A stretch of DNA of 64,000 nt. Origin: Ramlibacter sp. (lineage in GTDB: Bacteria > Pseudomonadota > Gammaproteobacteria > Burkholderiales > Burkholderiaceae_C). The stretch is from positions 5,680 to 69,679 of the forward strand of contig NZ_JAKFCM010000018.1 in the NCBI RefSeq assembly GCF_036676645.1, read 5' to 3'. The first letter of the stretch is position 1. The number at the start of each line of letters is the position of its first letter. The notes under the pieces are model-generated. The model searched no databases. It was not told the DNA's origin and worked only from the letters and a program-made list of their open reading frames with translations. Made by a program: the position numbers and the translations under genes. Of this stretch, positions 42,066 through 51,031 are shown piece after piece.

Positions 42066-43582
42066 CAGGCATCGCCCGGGCATCCATCGCACGCGCCGCG
42101 CGCCGTCGCACCGCTGCTGCATGGGGCTGCATGCTGGTCCTGGCCGGGTGCGCGTCCGGCCCCGACTTCGTGCCGCCGGCAGCGCCTTCGTCAGCCGGCT
42201 ATGCAGCCACGCCCGTCACCCCCCTGACGGCGTCGGCACCGGCGACTGCGCTGGGCGGCGCGCAGCGCCTGGATCCCGAGGCGCCCGTCGATGCGCAGTG
42301 GTGGCGCGGCCTCGGCTCCCCCCGGCTCGACGCGCTGGTGGAACGCGCCAGCCGCAACAGCCCGACGCTGGCGGCAGCCCGGGCCACCCTCGCGCAGGCC
42401 CGGGAACGGCAGGCCGCGCGGGCCGGCGCCCATCTCCCGCAGGTGGACGCAGGTGCATCCGCGCAGCGGCAACGCCCGGGCCCGGGCACTGCCGGATCCG
42501 CCGGCGGCAGCCCGCAGGCGTTCGACCTGTACGGCGCTTCGGTCGCGGTGAGCTATCCGCTCGACCTCGCGGGCGGCAATCGGCGGGCGCTGGAGGCACT
42601 GGCGGCCCGCGCGGATTACCGCCGGTACGAACTGGAGGCCGCGCAACTCGCGTTGGGCGGCACCGTCGCGGCGACGGCGATCGCGCAGGCGCGGCTGGCC
42701 GGCCAGGTCGCCTCCACCCGGGACATGGTCGCCGCGCAGGAGGAGCAACTGGGCCTGGTGGAGCAGCGCTCGCGGCTGGGGCATGCGGCGCTGAACGAAG
42801 TCCTGGCGATCCAGGCCCAGCTGGAGAAGACCCGCGCCGACCTGCACCTGCTGCGCAAGGAACACCAGCACAACCAGCACCTGCTGGCCACCCTGGTCGG
42901 CGCCGAGCCGGGCGAGGGCGGCCTGCCGGCGTTCACGCTGGATGATTTCGTCCTTCCGGCGGTGCTGCCCCTGGCCTTGCCTTCGCAACTGGTGCGGCAG
43001 CGGCCCGACATCCGCGGCGCCGAGGCGCTGCTGCGCGCCGCCAGCGCGGAATACGGGGTCGCAGTGGCGGCCCTGTACCCGCAGGTCACGCTGAGTGCAA
43101 GCGCGGGTTCCCAGGCCCTGTCCACCGCGGCCCTGTTCGGAAGCGGATCGGCCGCCTGGGCGCTGGTCGCGCAGCTCACCCAGCCCCTGTTCCGGCCGGG
43201 CCTGGCGGCCGAAAAGCGTGCCGCGCTGGCGGCGTTCGAGGCCGCGGCGGCCAACTACCAGACGGTGGTCCTGGAAGCCCTGCGTGGCGTGGCCGATGTC
43301 CTGCGCTCGGTCGAGCAGGACGCCCACGCGTTGCAGTCACAGGCGGTCGCGAATTCCGCCGCCCAGGCCGCGCTGCAGCTGGCCCGCCAGCGCCACGCCC
43401 TGGGAGCAGCCAGCTACCTGGAGGTCCTCGATGCCACGCGCGAGGCGCAGCAGTCGGGGATTGCACTGGCTGCTGCGCAAGCCCGCCGGCTGCAGGACAC
43501 CGTCTCGCTCTACGTGGCGCTGGGCGGCGCTGCGCCGACGGAGGCCGGACCATCGGCTTCGCCAGGGACTGCATCGCCATGA
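42062..43582 (+). CDS. Outer-membrane efflux lipoprotein (NodT/OprM family)
   Basis: ATG 42062 overlaps the upstream stop. It has lipobox LVLAGC and the two-repeat OEP pattern. Confidence 0.85.
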
Positions 43583-43614
43583 TCGACGACCTGTCCAGGG
43601 GCGCCTCCTCGTGA

Positions 43615-44835
<1,221 letters not shown>

Positions 44836-44841
44836 GGTGAA

Positions 44842-45495
44842 TCAGAACTGGTACTTCAGGCCGATGGTGAAAAGGGTCTGGTCGCCGCCGCGGCCGACCG
44901 AACCGTCGAGCTGCACCAGGGGCGCGACCAGCCCGCGCAGCCCGGCCTGGAGGGTCGGCCGGGTGTGGCGGGCGCCGAACCACTCGATGTGCGGTGTCAC
45001 GTGCCCGATCTCCCGCTCGTAAGCCACGCCCCAGGTGGGCGCAGCGGGCTCGTGCCGCGGCTTGCTCGCGCCCAGGTTGAAGTGGAAGCTGCCGAGCGGC
45101 TCGGAATTGCAGGTGAGCAGTCCGTTCAGGTAGGCCGCACTGCCATCCCCGGAGGCCCGCGAGGCGCCCGCGACCAGGCCGGCATTGCAGCCGCTGGATG
45201 CGGAAGGCGTGGCCTGCCACTTGGCCTGCACGGCCGTGAGGGTCTGCCTGGCCACGCTGTCCTGCGCGAGCAGGGCGCCGAGCTCGAGCCCGCGGATGGG
45301 AGCGTAGGCAGGCGCCACGTTGAACAGGCGGGCCCCCTCGCTCCCGGCAACCCAGGTCTCGAGCTGGCCGCGCCCGGGCTCGTTGACGTTCGCGTCGTCG
45401 ACGGCGAGTGGGCGGCCGGCGTGGGCTCCCACGGTCGATCCAGCCACGCAGGCAACCAGCAGCAGATGCCGCAACGAAGCGATGCGAGATGGCAT
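44842..45495 (-). CDS. Putative outer-membrane beta-barrel protein (MetA-pathway/transporter-like)
   Basis: Start at MPSRIASLRHLLLVACVAGSTVGAHA (ATG 45495, SD GAGGAA). It has alternating beta-strand patterns and a C-terminal ..GLKYQF aromatic terminus. Confidence 0.5.
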   Translation of the reverse strand: MPSRIASLRHLLLVACVAGSTVGAHAGRPLAVDDANVNEPGRGQLETWVAGSEGARLFNVAPAYAPIRGLELGALLAQDSVARQTLTAVQAKWQATPSASSGCNAGLVAGASRASGDGSAAYLNGLLTCNSEPLGSFHFNLGASKPRHEPAAPTWGVAYEREIGHVTPHIEWFGARHTRPTLQAGLRGLVAPLVQLDGSVGRGGDQTLFTIGLKYQF

Positions 45496-45609
45496 CGGTC
45501 TGTTCCTCGGGGCGAGAAGCGGAGTCACGGCATGGGAGCGGAGCGAACGGGTCGCGAACGACCCGGTAGCCTGCGGGCACTTCGTCGCTCGCCCCCGGCT
45601 TGCGATGGG

Positions 45610-45897
45610 TCACATCAGCTCGTGGATGACGCGCTGCCTGGCCGCCTCCAGGGCTTGCCGGCGGGCCTCGGCGCGCGCTTCATCGTTCTCGGGAACGGTG
45701 GGCGTCTGCAGCGAGGCGGCTTCGCTGGTCACCGGCAGGGTGCCCGCTTTGCGCGCCGCCAGGTAGGCGTCCTGCACCGCCTGGCGGGAAAGCACGCTCT
45801 GGTACGGCGTGCGGTTGGCGAGTTCGTCGCTGGCTTCGTTGGCGAAGGAGGACATGGCGGTGGCGACCAGTAGGCCGAAGACGACTGCTGCTTTCAT
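45610..45897 (-). CDS. Small secreted protein, DUF4148-like
   Basis: 95 aa from ATG 45897 (SD AAGGA). Signal peptide is MKAAVVFGLLVATAMSSFA, and the motif SRQAVQDAYLAARKAG resembles the DUF4148 core. Confidence 0.6.
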   Translation of the reverse strand: MKAAVVFGLLVATAMSSFANEASDELANRTPYQSVLSRQAVQDAYLAARKAGTLPVTSEAASLQTPTVPENDEARAEARRQALEAARQRVIHELM

Positions 45898-45985
45898 GAT
45901 TTCGATCCTTTGGGACAAGTCTTGGGTTGCTGACGGCGGGCGGCTGGCCCGCCGTCCAGGAGCCGATCGGTTCGTGCTCGCATGA

Positions 45986-46012
45986 TGAAACGAGCCGTGC
46001 GCGCGAATGTTC
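45986..46012 (-). promoter_or_regulatory. ECF-type promoter GAACAT-N13-TCGTTTCA upstream of the DUF4148-like gene
   Basis: On the minus strand, GAACAT lies at 46012-46007 and TCGTTTCA at 45993-45986. Sequence and spacing are identical to the motif at 48393-48419 and match the general ECF GAAC-N16-CGT architecture. Confidence 0.6.
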
Positions 46013-46106
46013 GTCCGATGCTGCGTGTACCAAGCAAAGATCAAGAAATCCGCAAGAAGGACGGGCCGATGGCCCCAGCCGGGTGCAGCGAACGAGCGCG
46101 CGCGGG

Positions 46107-46556
46107 CTACTCGCCGTGCAGGTTTCGCTCGTCGACGGCAGGCTGCGGCTGCTGCAGCAGCAACCGGACCAGCGCCTCGCGCTGCTGCGGCTGCAGCAAC
46201 TCACGCTCGCGCAGGAGCTGCTCGATGACGCGCCTTTGCTGCCGCGCCTGCAACTCTGCGATGGCCGCACGATTGGCCTCGATCGCCTGCGGATCCGGCT
46301 GCGCCGCGAAAATCGCGTGGATCAGTGCTTCCCGTCGCCGGCCGATCTCCTGCCATTCCGCGTCCAGCTCGGCCGTGAACGGCGCTTCCAGCTCCTTCCA
46401 GCGACGAGCCTGGTCCGGGTCGAGCTGCAGCTGGCTGGCGATGTCCGCCGGGCCGGCACTCGCATGGCGGTGGACCTGGTAGGCCGTCGCGAGCACCGCG
46501 CCCAGGTTGAACAACACCGAAAGGGCCAGCAGGTAGGCGAGGGTTCCGCGCTTCAT
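46107..46556 (-). CDS. Periplasmic CpxP/Spy/ZraP-like (LTXXQ-type, heavy-metal-sensor-like) protein
   Basis: 149 aa from ATG 46556, 1 nt after the anti-sigma stop. It has an N-terminal TM/signal segment and two LTXXQ-like motifs (LDPDQ, LQPQQ) in a helical Q/R/E-rich protein. Confidence 0.6.
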   Translation of the reverse strand: MKRGTLAYLLALSVLFNLGAVLATAYQVHRHASAGPADIASQLQLDPDQARRWKELEAPFTAELDAEWQEIGRRREALIHAIFAAQPDPQAIEANRAAIAELQARQQRRVIEQLLRERELLQPQQREALVRLLLQQPQPAVDERNLHGE

Positions 46557-46557
46557 G

Positions 46558-47007
46558 TCACCTCCCGCACGAGGGCAGGCCGGCGCAGAGCTGGCGGACG
46601 GGCTCGGCGGCAAAGACCGACATGCCCGAGCGGTCCGCCACCGCACCGCCCACGAACAGCGACAACCCCAGCACGGAGCCGGCCGTCAGCGCGGCAACGC
46701 CGCCCAGCACGCGCGTGCCCCACTGCGACAAGCCTTGGCCGCCGTACCAAGCGCGCATCCATCGGCGCGGCCGTGGCGGGCGGCGCGGCAGGCTAAGCAA
46801 GACGGCCTCGGCGATTCCGGGATCGACCACGCTCTGCCGCAGCGGCGCCAGCTCCTGCCGGAGCTGCGCGAAGGCATCCCATCGGGACCCGCAGCGCGGA
46901 CAGCAGGCAACGTGCCGCCGCAGACGGGTGGCCTGGTTCCCGGCTTCGCCGTCGAACAGCGAACAGAGGTCTTCATCGGAAGGGCAGCAACCGGCTTGCA
47001 TGTTCAT
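46558..47007 (-). CDS. Anti-sigma factor (zf-HC2 type), single TM
   Basis: ATG 47007 overlaps the sigma stop (ATGA). The H-x3-C-x2-C motif is HVACCPRC. One TM helix (VLGGVAALTAGSVLGLSLFVGG) is followed by a short periplasmic tail with C-x6-C. Confidence 0.75.
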   Translation of the reverse strand: MNMQAGCCPSDEDLCSLFDGEAGNQATRLRRHVACCPRCGSRWDAFAQLRQELAPLRQSVVDPGIAEAVLLSLPRRPPRPRRWMRAWYGGQGLSQWGTRVLGGVAALTAGSVLGLSLFVGGAVADRSGMSVFAAEPVRQLCAGLPSCGR

Positions 47008-47558
47008 GAGTGGACCCTCTGGTAGCGTTCGGCGAGCGCTGCGCGCGCACGGGCCAGCCTCGACTTGACCGTCCCATCGTTGATGCCCAAGGCGGCAGAG
47101 ATCTCGCCGTAGCTCAGTCCTTCGACTTCGCGTAACAGGACCACCTCCTTCAGGTCGACTGGCAGCCTGTCCAGCGCGGCCTGCAATGCAGCCATGGCCT
47201 GCTTGGACTGCAGGCGCTTGTCGGGCCCTTCGTCCGGCGACACGACGTCGTAGTCGTCGCCGATCGGCTCGAACCTCACCACTTTCCTGCGCCGCAGCAG
47301 GTCGAAGGCCAGGTTCGATGCGATCCGGTACAGCCAAGCCTGCACATGGCCGCCGGGATCCGACTCGCCCAGTGCCTCCCATCCCTTGAGGAACACGTCC
47401 TGCGCGAGCTCCCGCGCTTCCTCGCGCGAGCCGGTCAGGTTGAACAGGTGGCGGTTCAGTGCGCGTTCGTGCCGGCGGACCAGCTCGCCGTAAGCGGGCG
47501 TGTCGCCCGCACGGGACCTGGCCACCAGCTCGGCGTCGCTGCACTCGTTAACCGACAT
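47004..47558 (-). CDS. ECF (group IV) RNA polymerase sigma-70 factor
   Basis: 184 aa from ATG 47558 (MSVNECSDAELVARSRAGD). Region 2 is AQDVFLKGW..WLYRIA and region 4 is VLLREVEGLSYGEISAALGINDGTVKSRLARAR. Confidence 0.9.
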   Translation of the reverse strand: MSVNECSDAELVARSRAGDTPAYGELVRRHERALNRHLFNLTGSREEARELAQDVFLKGWEALGESDPGGHVQAWLYRIASNLAFDLLRRRKVVRFEPIGDDYDVVSPDEGPDKRLQSKQAMAALQAALDRLPVDLKEVVLLREVEGLSYGEISAALGINDGTVKSRLARARAALAERYQRVHS

Positions 47559-47660
47559 CGGGTTCCCCGCCGCGCCCGCGCGCCGCAGGAAGGAGTGGAT
47601 AGCGTAGGAAGGCGGCGGCGCTCGCATGTTTGATCGGTGTCAAGGAGGCGGCCGCTTCGT

Positions 47661-48308
47661 TCAGTGCGCGTGTTCGACCTTCTTCGCGCCCGGAGCTTCC
47701 ACGGGCGCGCCGGCTCCGGCGTGCGCATCCGCCGTGGCGGCCGCCCCGTGCAGCCGCTCGACGTAGTGCACGTAGTCCACGTAGGCGTTCACGTGCGCGC
47801 GGGCCGCCCGCACATCGTCCGGGTTGTATGCCCGGGTGGCCTGCACGCGGTCGAACTTCTCGTGCAGGCCGTGCTCGGCACCGTCGAAGATCATGCGCGC
47901 GACCGGCTTGAGCTGTCCGCTGGCGATGGACTTGTCGGCGGCGGCGACGGCGGGCTCGATCTGGCCGGCGGGCTTCAGGCCGGTGTAAGGCGCGCCTTCG
48001 CCGGCGCGATGCACCCGCACCAGCGCCTCGAAGAACGACTGGTCGGCCAGGTCCCTCGCGGTTCCACCGTGCTTGCGCACCGCGACCGCACGCTCGAACG
48101 CGTGGCGGATCTCGGCCTCATCCTTTTGCTGGACCCATCCAAGGACCAGGTTGACGTTGCCGCTGTCCAGCGCCTGGCGGGCCTGGCTCACGACCGGGCC
48201 GTCGAGCGTGTCGCAGTGGGCCTGCGCCGCCGTGCCCCAGGTGAGGGCGACGGCGGCGACCATCGCCCCGAAGAACTTGCTGTACGGTGAGCGAATGACG
48301 GAGTTCAT
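47661..48308 (-). CDS. Secreted hypothetical protein (possibly DUF6448-like), predicted mature N-terminus His-Cys
   Basis: 215 aa from ATG 48308 (SD GAGGA). The signal peptide ..VALTWGTAAQA is followed by HCDTLDGPV. The C-terminus is His/Ala-rich and ends VEHAH. DUF assignment is from memory only. Confidence 0.65.
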   Translation of the reverse strand: MNSVIRSPYSKFFGAMVAAVALTWGTAAQAHCDTLDGPVVSQARQALDSGNVNLVLGWVQQKDEAEIRHAFERAVAVRKHGGTARDLADQSFFEALVRVHRAGEGAPYTGLKPAGQIEPAVAAADKSIASGQLKPVARMIFDGAEHGLHEKFDRVQATRAYNPDDVRAARAHVNAYVDYVHYVERLHGAAATADAHAGAGAPVEAPGAKKVEHAH

Positions 48309-48392
48309 GATGATCTGTCCTCGAGTTGCGGAAGGCGCCACGCGGCCTTTTCGAGGTCGTGGCGCGAGCGGATGAAGATCCAGGCTCGCCCG

Positions 48393-48419
48393 TGAAACGA
48401 ACGAGCGCCGCGCATGTTC
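48393..48419 (-). promoter_or_regulatory. ECF-type promoter GAACAT-N13-TCGTTTCA upstream of the secreted His-Cys protein gene
   Basis: On the minus strand, GAACAT lies at 48419-48414 and TCGTTTCA at 48400-48393, about 85 nt upstream of ATG 48308. It has the same two blocks and spacing as 45986-46012. Confidence 0.6.
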
Positions 48420-48742
48420 CGCCGCCCGCTGCGGAATTAGCGGATGTCAAGAAAAGCGAGGCCCGGCGCTGCGCACCCGCAGTGCGGCGGCGCGGAGCCA
48501 CGGGAGCCCAGCCGCGATTGAGTCGGGGATCGCGTCGCGGTAGGTGGTCCTGAGGGCTGGCACGGCGCGCTTCCGCTCTGGTTGATTTGACTTGATACGA
48601 TGTGCGTTATGTAAAATTATAAAGACGCCAACACACTCGTCCTTGTGACAGCAGCCCACTCTTGCGTGCGGCCCCTGGCGGACCCAAGTCTCCTTCTTTA
48701 GAAGTCGCACGACGCACACCTGCGCGCCGCAACACCAGGGCT

Positions 48743-48883
48743 TCAGCTGTGCTTGGGCGGTTCCCCGACCGGCGGAATCTGGTCCGGTGCAGGCGGATCG
48801 CGCACCTCCGGCTCCGAGCCCGTCGGCGGCGGCGTGGGCGGCGGCGGGATCGAAGGATCGCGCGGAACGTCATGGGCACGCAT
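48743..48883 (-). CDS. Possible 46-aa proline-rich micro-protein
   Basis: MRAHDVPRDPSIPPPPTPPPTGSEPEVRDPPAPDQIPPVGEPPKHS. Third-position G+C is high over this stretch, as in the real genes here, but the SD is weak and no homology check was possible. Confidence 0.35.
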   Translation of the reverse strand: MRAHDVPRDPSIPPPPTPPPTGSEPEVRDPPAPDQIPPVGEPPKHS

Positions 48884-48959
48884 GCCCGTGCGCCGGGCTG
48901 CGCGATCCGGACCCTGCAGTGCCAGGAGAAATGCCATGCCGCCAGCATGAGCCGAAAGC

Positions 48960-48983
48960 AAGCCGTCCGGCGTCGGACGGCTT
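48960..48983 (-). terminator. Hairpin downstream of the LysR gene (10-bp stem, 4-nt loop)
   Basis: AAGCCGTCCG-GCGT-CGGACGGCTT read directly. On the minus strand it is followed by GCTTTCGGCTC, a weak U-tract, and it lies 64 nt after the lysR stop. Confidence 0.45.
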
Positions 48984-49046
48984 CGCCATCAGTCGGCACC
49001 GGACCATCCAGCGCGATGCTCAGCCCGGCCTCGCGCGGCTCGGCAG

Positions 49047-50027
49047 CTACCCATCGCGTTCGATGGCCAGGTCCGTTCCCACGAGCCCCTGGGGGTGCTG
49101 CCGCACTGGCCGCAGCAGCGGGATGGCGGGTCCGGTGGCGCGATAGTGCTCGCAGATGGCGTCGACCAGGGCGCGCGCGAAGGCCGGCAGCGCTTCCCGG
49201 TCGCGCACCAGGATGTAGCGCTCGCGAACACTCCAGGCATCCGTCAGTTCGACCAGCGCCAGGTTCATGGCGTCTCGATTGCGCCGCGCCGCACTTTCGG
49301 GCATGACGCCCACCCCGACGCCGGCGCCGATCATCCGGCACATGGCCTCGAAACTGCTGAGCTGCACGCGCAGCTTGAGCCGCCGGCCCATCTGCTGTGT
49401 CACCGCATCCAGGAAGGCCTGGAGGGTGCTGCCCTCGTGCATGCCCACCGCGTCCTCCTGCAGCGTCTCGACGAAGGAGATGCGCTTGCGGCGGGCCAGC
49501 CGGTGCCGGCGCGCGGTCACCAGGACCAGCCGATCGGTGCTGAAGTGGAGGGTGCGCAGGCCCAGCGTGTCCAGCGGCCCCGCCACGATGCCGAGGTCGG
49601 CGCGTCCGTCGAGCACGCCGCGCGGGATCTCAGCGTTCGGTTTCTCCTGAAGGTCCACGTTCACCCGCGGGTTCGCGGCCAGGAAGGCCGGCAGGATCTC
49701 CGGCAGGAAATCGGTGACCGCGGTGGTGTTGGCGAACACCCGCACGTGGCCGCCCAGCCCGTCGCCGTATTCCAGCAGGTCGGCCCGCAGCCGATCGGTC
49801 TGACGCAGCACGCCGCGCGCATGATGCAGGAACGCCTCGCCGGCGGGGGTCAGGCTGACGCCGCGCGCCTGGCGCACGAACAGCGGCAGGCCGGACTGCC
49901 CCTCCAGCGCCTTGATGCGCGCGCTCGCCGCCGCCAGCGACAGGTGCTGGCGGCCCGCGGCCCGGGTGAGATTGCCTTCCTCCGCCGCCGTGACGAACAG
50001 GCGCAGGTCGGTCAGGTCGAAATGCAT
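49047..50027 (-). CDS. LysR-family transcriptional regulator
   Basis: 326 aa with N-terminal wHTH (LRLFVTAAEEGNLTRAAGRQHLSLAAASARIKALE). It is divergent from the catabolic cluster. Confidence 0.9.
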   Translation of the reverse strand: MHFDLTDLRLFVTAAEEGNLTRAAGRQHLSLAAASARIKALEGQSGLPLFVRQARGVSLTPAGEAFLHHARGVLRQTDRLRADLLEYGDGLGGHVRVFANTTAVTDFLPEILPAFLAANPRVNVDLQEKPNAEIPRGVLDGRADLGIVAGPLDTLGLRTLHFSTDRLVLVTARRHRLARRKRISFVETLQEDAVGMHEGSTLQAFLDAVTQQMGRRLKLRVQLSSFEAMCRMIGAGVGVGVMPESAARRNRDAMNLALVELTDAWSVRERYILVRDREALPAFARALVDAICEHYRATGPAIPLLRPVRQHPQGLVGTDLAIERDG

Positions 50028-50045
50028 CGATGAGGCAGGCCAGGG

Positions 50046-50076
50046 ACAGAGCCTTCAGTCTAGCCGAAGGCTCTGT
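50046..50076. promoter_or_regulatory. Perfect 11-bp inverted repeat ACAGAGCCTTC-N9-GAAGGCTCTGT in the divergent lysR/catabolic promoter region
   Basis: Read directly. It lies 19 nt from the lysR start codon and 14-50 nt from the candidate starts of the downstream gene. Confidence 0.5.
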
Positions 50077-50125
50077 TGCAAATTCGCAGATGGTGCCGCG
50101 CCCCGCGAAGAGGCACCATCCCGGG

Positions 50126-51013
50126 ATGAGTGCCCCTCCGCCCGCGAGCGCCATCGACGCGCAGACCCTTGCGCACCTGCAAGGCTGGGTGGGCCGGACC
50201 GAGACCCTGGACGATGCCGTCACGCCGGTGCCGATCCGGGCCCTGTCGGCCACGCTCGACCTGCCCTCCTCCGACGTCCCCACCGGCGCCCTGCCGCCGC
50301 TGTGGCACTGGCTGTACTTCCTGCCGCTGCACCGCCAGGGCGAACTGGGCGCCGACGGCCACGCGCGGCTCGGCGGGTTCCTGCCGCCAGTGCCGCTGCC
50401 GCGCCGCATGTGGGCCGGCGGCCGCCTGCAGTGGGAGCCCGGCAACCCCTTGCTCGTGGGCGATGCGATCCGGCGTCTCTCCCGGATCGAATCCGTCCGG
50501 TACAAGGCCGGCCGCAGCGGCGACCTGCTGTTCGTGCTGGTGCGCCACGAAATCCACAACGCACGCGGCCTGTCGCTCACCGAGGAACACGACATCGTGT
50601 ACCGGGCGATGCCGCAGGCGGGCGACCCGGTTGCGCCGCCGGTGGCGGCGGAGCACGACGCTCCCTGGCAGCGCGAGATCGTCCCCGACCCGGTGCTGCT
50701 GTTCCGCTACTCCGCGCTGACCTTCAACGGCCACCGCATCCACTACGACCGCCGCCACGTCACCGAAGACGAGGGCTACCCGGGCCTGGTCGTGCACGGT
50801 CCGCTCATCGCCACCCTGCTGGTCGAACTGGTGCGGCGGCACGCGCCGCAGGCGTTCGTGCGCCGATTCGAGTTCAAGGCCGTGCGGCCCACCTTCGACC
50901 TGAACCCCTTCCAGGTGAAGGCCCGGCCTTCGTCCGACGGCGGATCCGTGCGGCTCTGGGCGCAGGACCATGAAGGCTGGCTGACCATGCAGGCCACGGC
51001 CACGCTTGCCTGA
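50126..51013 (+). CDS. Double-hotdog MaoC/HTD2-like enoyl-CoA hydratase (itaconyl-CoA-hydratase-like)
   Basis: Motifs are WHWLYFLP, MWAGGRLQW, and FNGHRIHYD..EGYPGLVVHGPL. The start is ambiguous: ATG 50126 is used, with ATG 50090 as an alternative. Confidence 0.65.
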   Translation: MSAPPPASAIDAQTLAHLQGWVGRTETLDDAVTPVPIRALSATLDLPSSDVPTGALPPLWHWLYFLPLHRQGELGADGHARLGGFLPPVPLPRRMWAGGRLQWEPGNPLLVGDAIRRLSRIESVRYKAGRSGDLLFVLVRHEIHNARGLSLTEEHDIVYRAMPQAGDPVAPPVAAEHDAPWQREIVPDPVLLFRYSALTFNGHRIHYDRRHVTEDEGYPGLVVHGPLIATLLVELVRRHAPQAFVRRFEFKAVRPTFDLNPFQVKARPSSDGGSVRLWAQDHEGWLTMQATATLA

Positions 51014-51031
51014 CGAAACGAAGACTCCCCG

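Noticed and set aside
45548-45565. CGGGTCG-CGAA-CGACCCG tetraloop hairpin between the DUF4148-like gene and the beta-barrel gene, as a terminator.
   Set aside because: The stem is short and no U-tract follows on the coding strand. That is insufficient to call a terminator.
47605-47631. A third copy of the ECF promoter motif upstream of the sigma gene itself (AAACAT-N13-CCTTCCTA).
   Set aside because: Only the -35-like half and the spacing match. The -10 block shares 3 of 8 positions with TCGTTTCA, so autoregulation cannot be claimed.
48447-48719. 90-aa minus-strand ORF spanning the AT-rich dip, and a short ORF after the SD-like AAGAAGGAGA at about 48690.
   Set aside because: Codon usage is atypical in the AT-rich part. 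The SD-to-TTG spacing is only 2 nt, and the sequence is not protein-like (MCVVRLLKKETWVRQGPHARVGCCHKDECVG..).
48607-49341. ORFs 48607..49341 (-), 48662..49306 (+) and 48787..49146 (+) overlapping the lysR 3' region.
   Set aside because: They are Arg/Ala/Gly-rich, overlap the well-supported LysR gene, and have no motifs.
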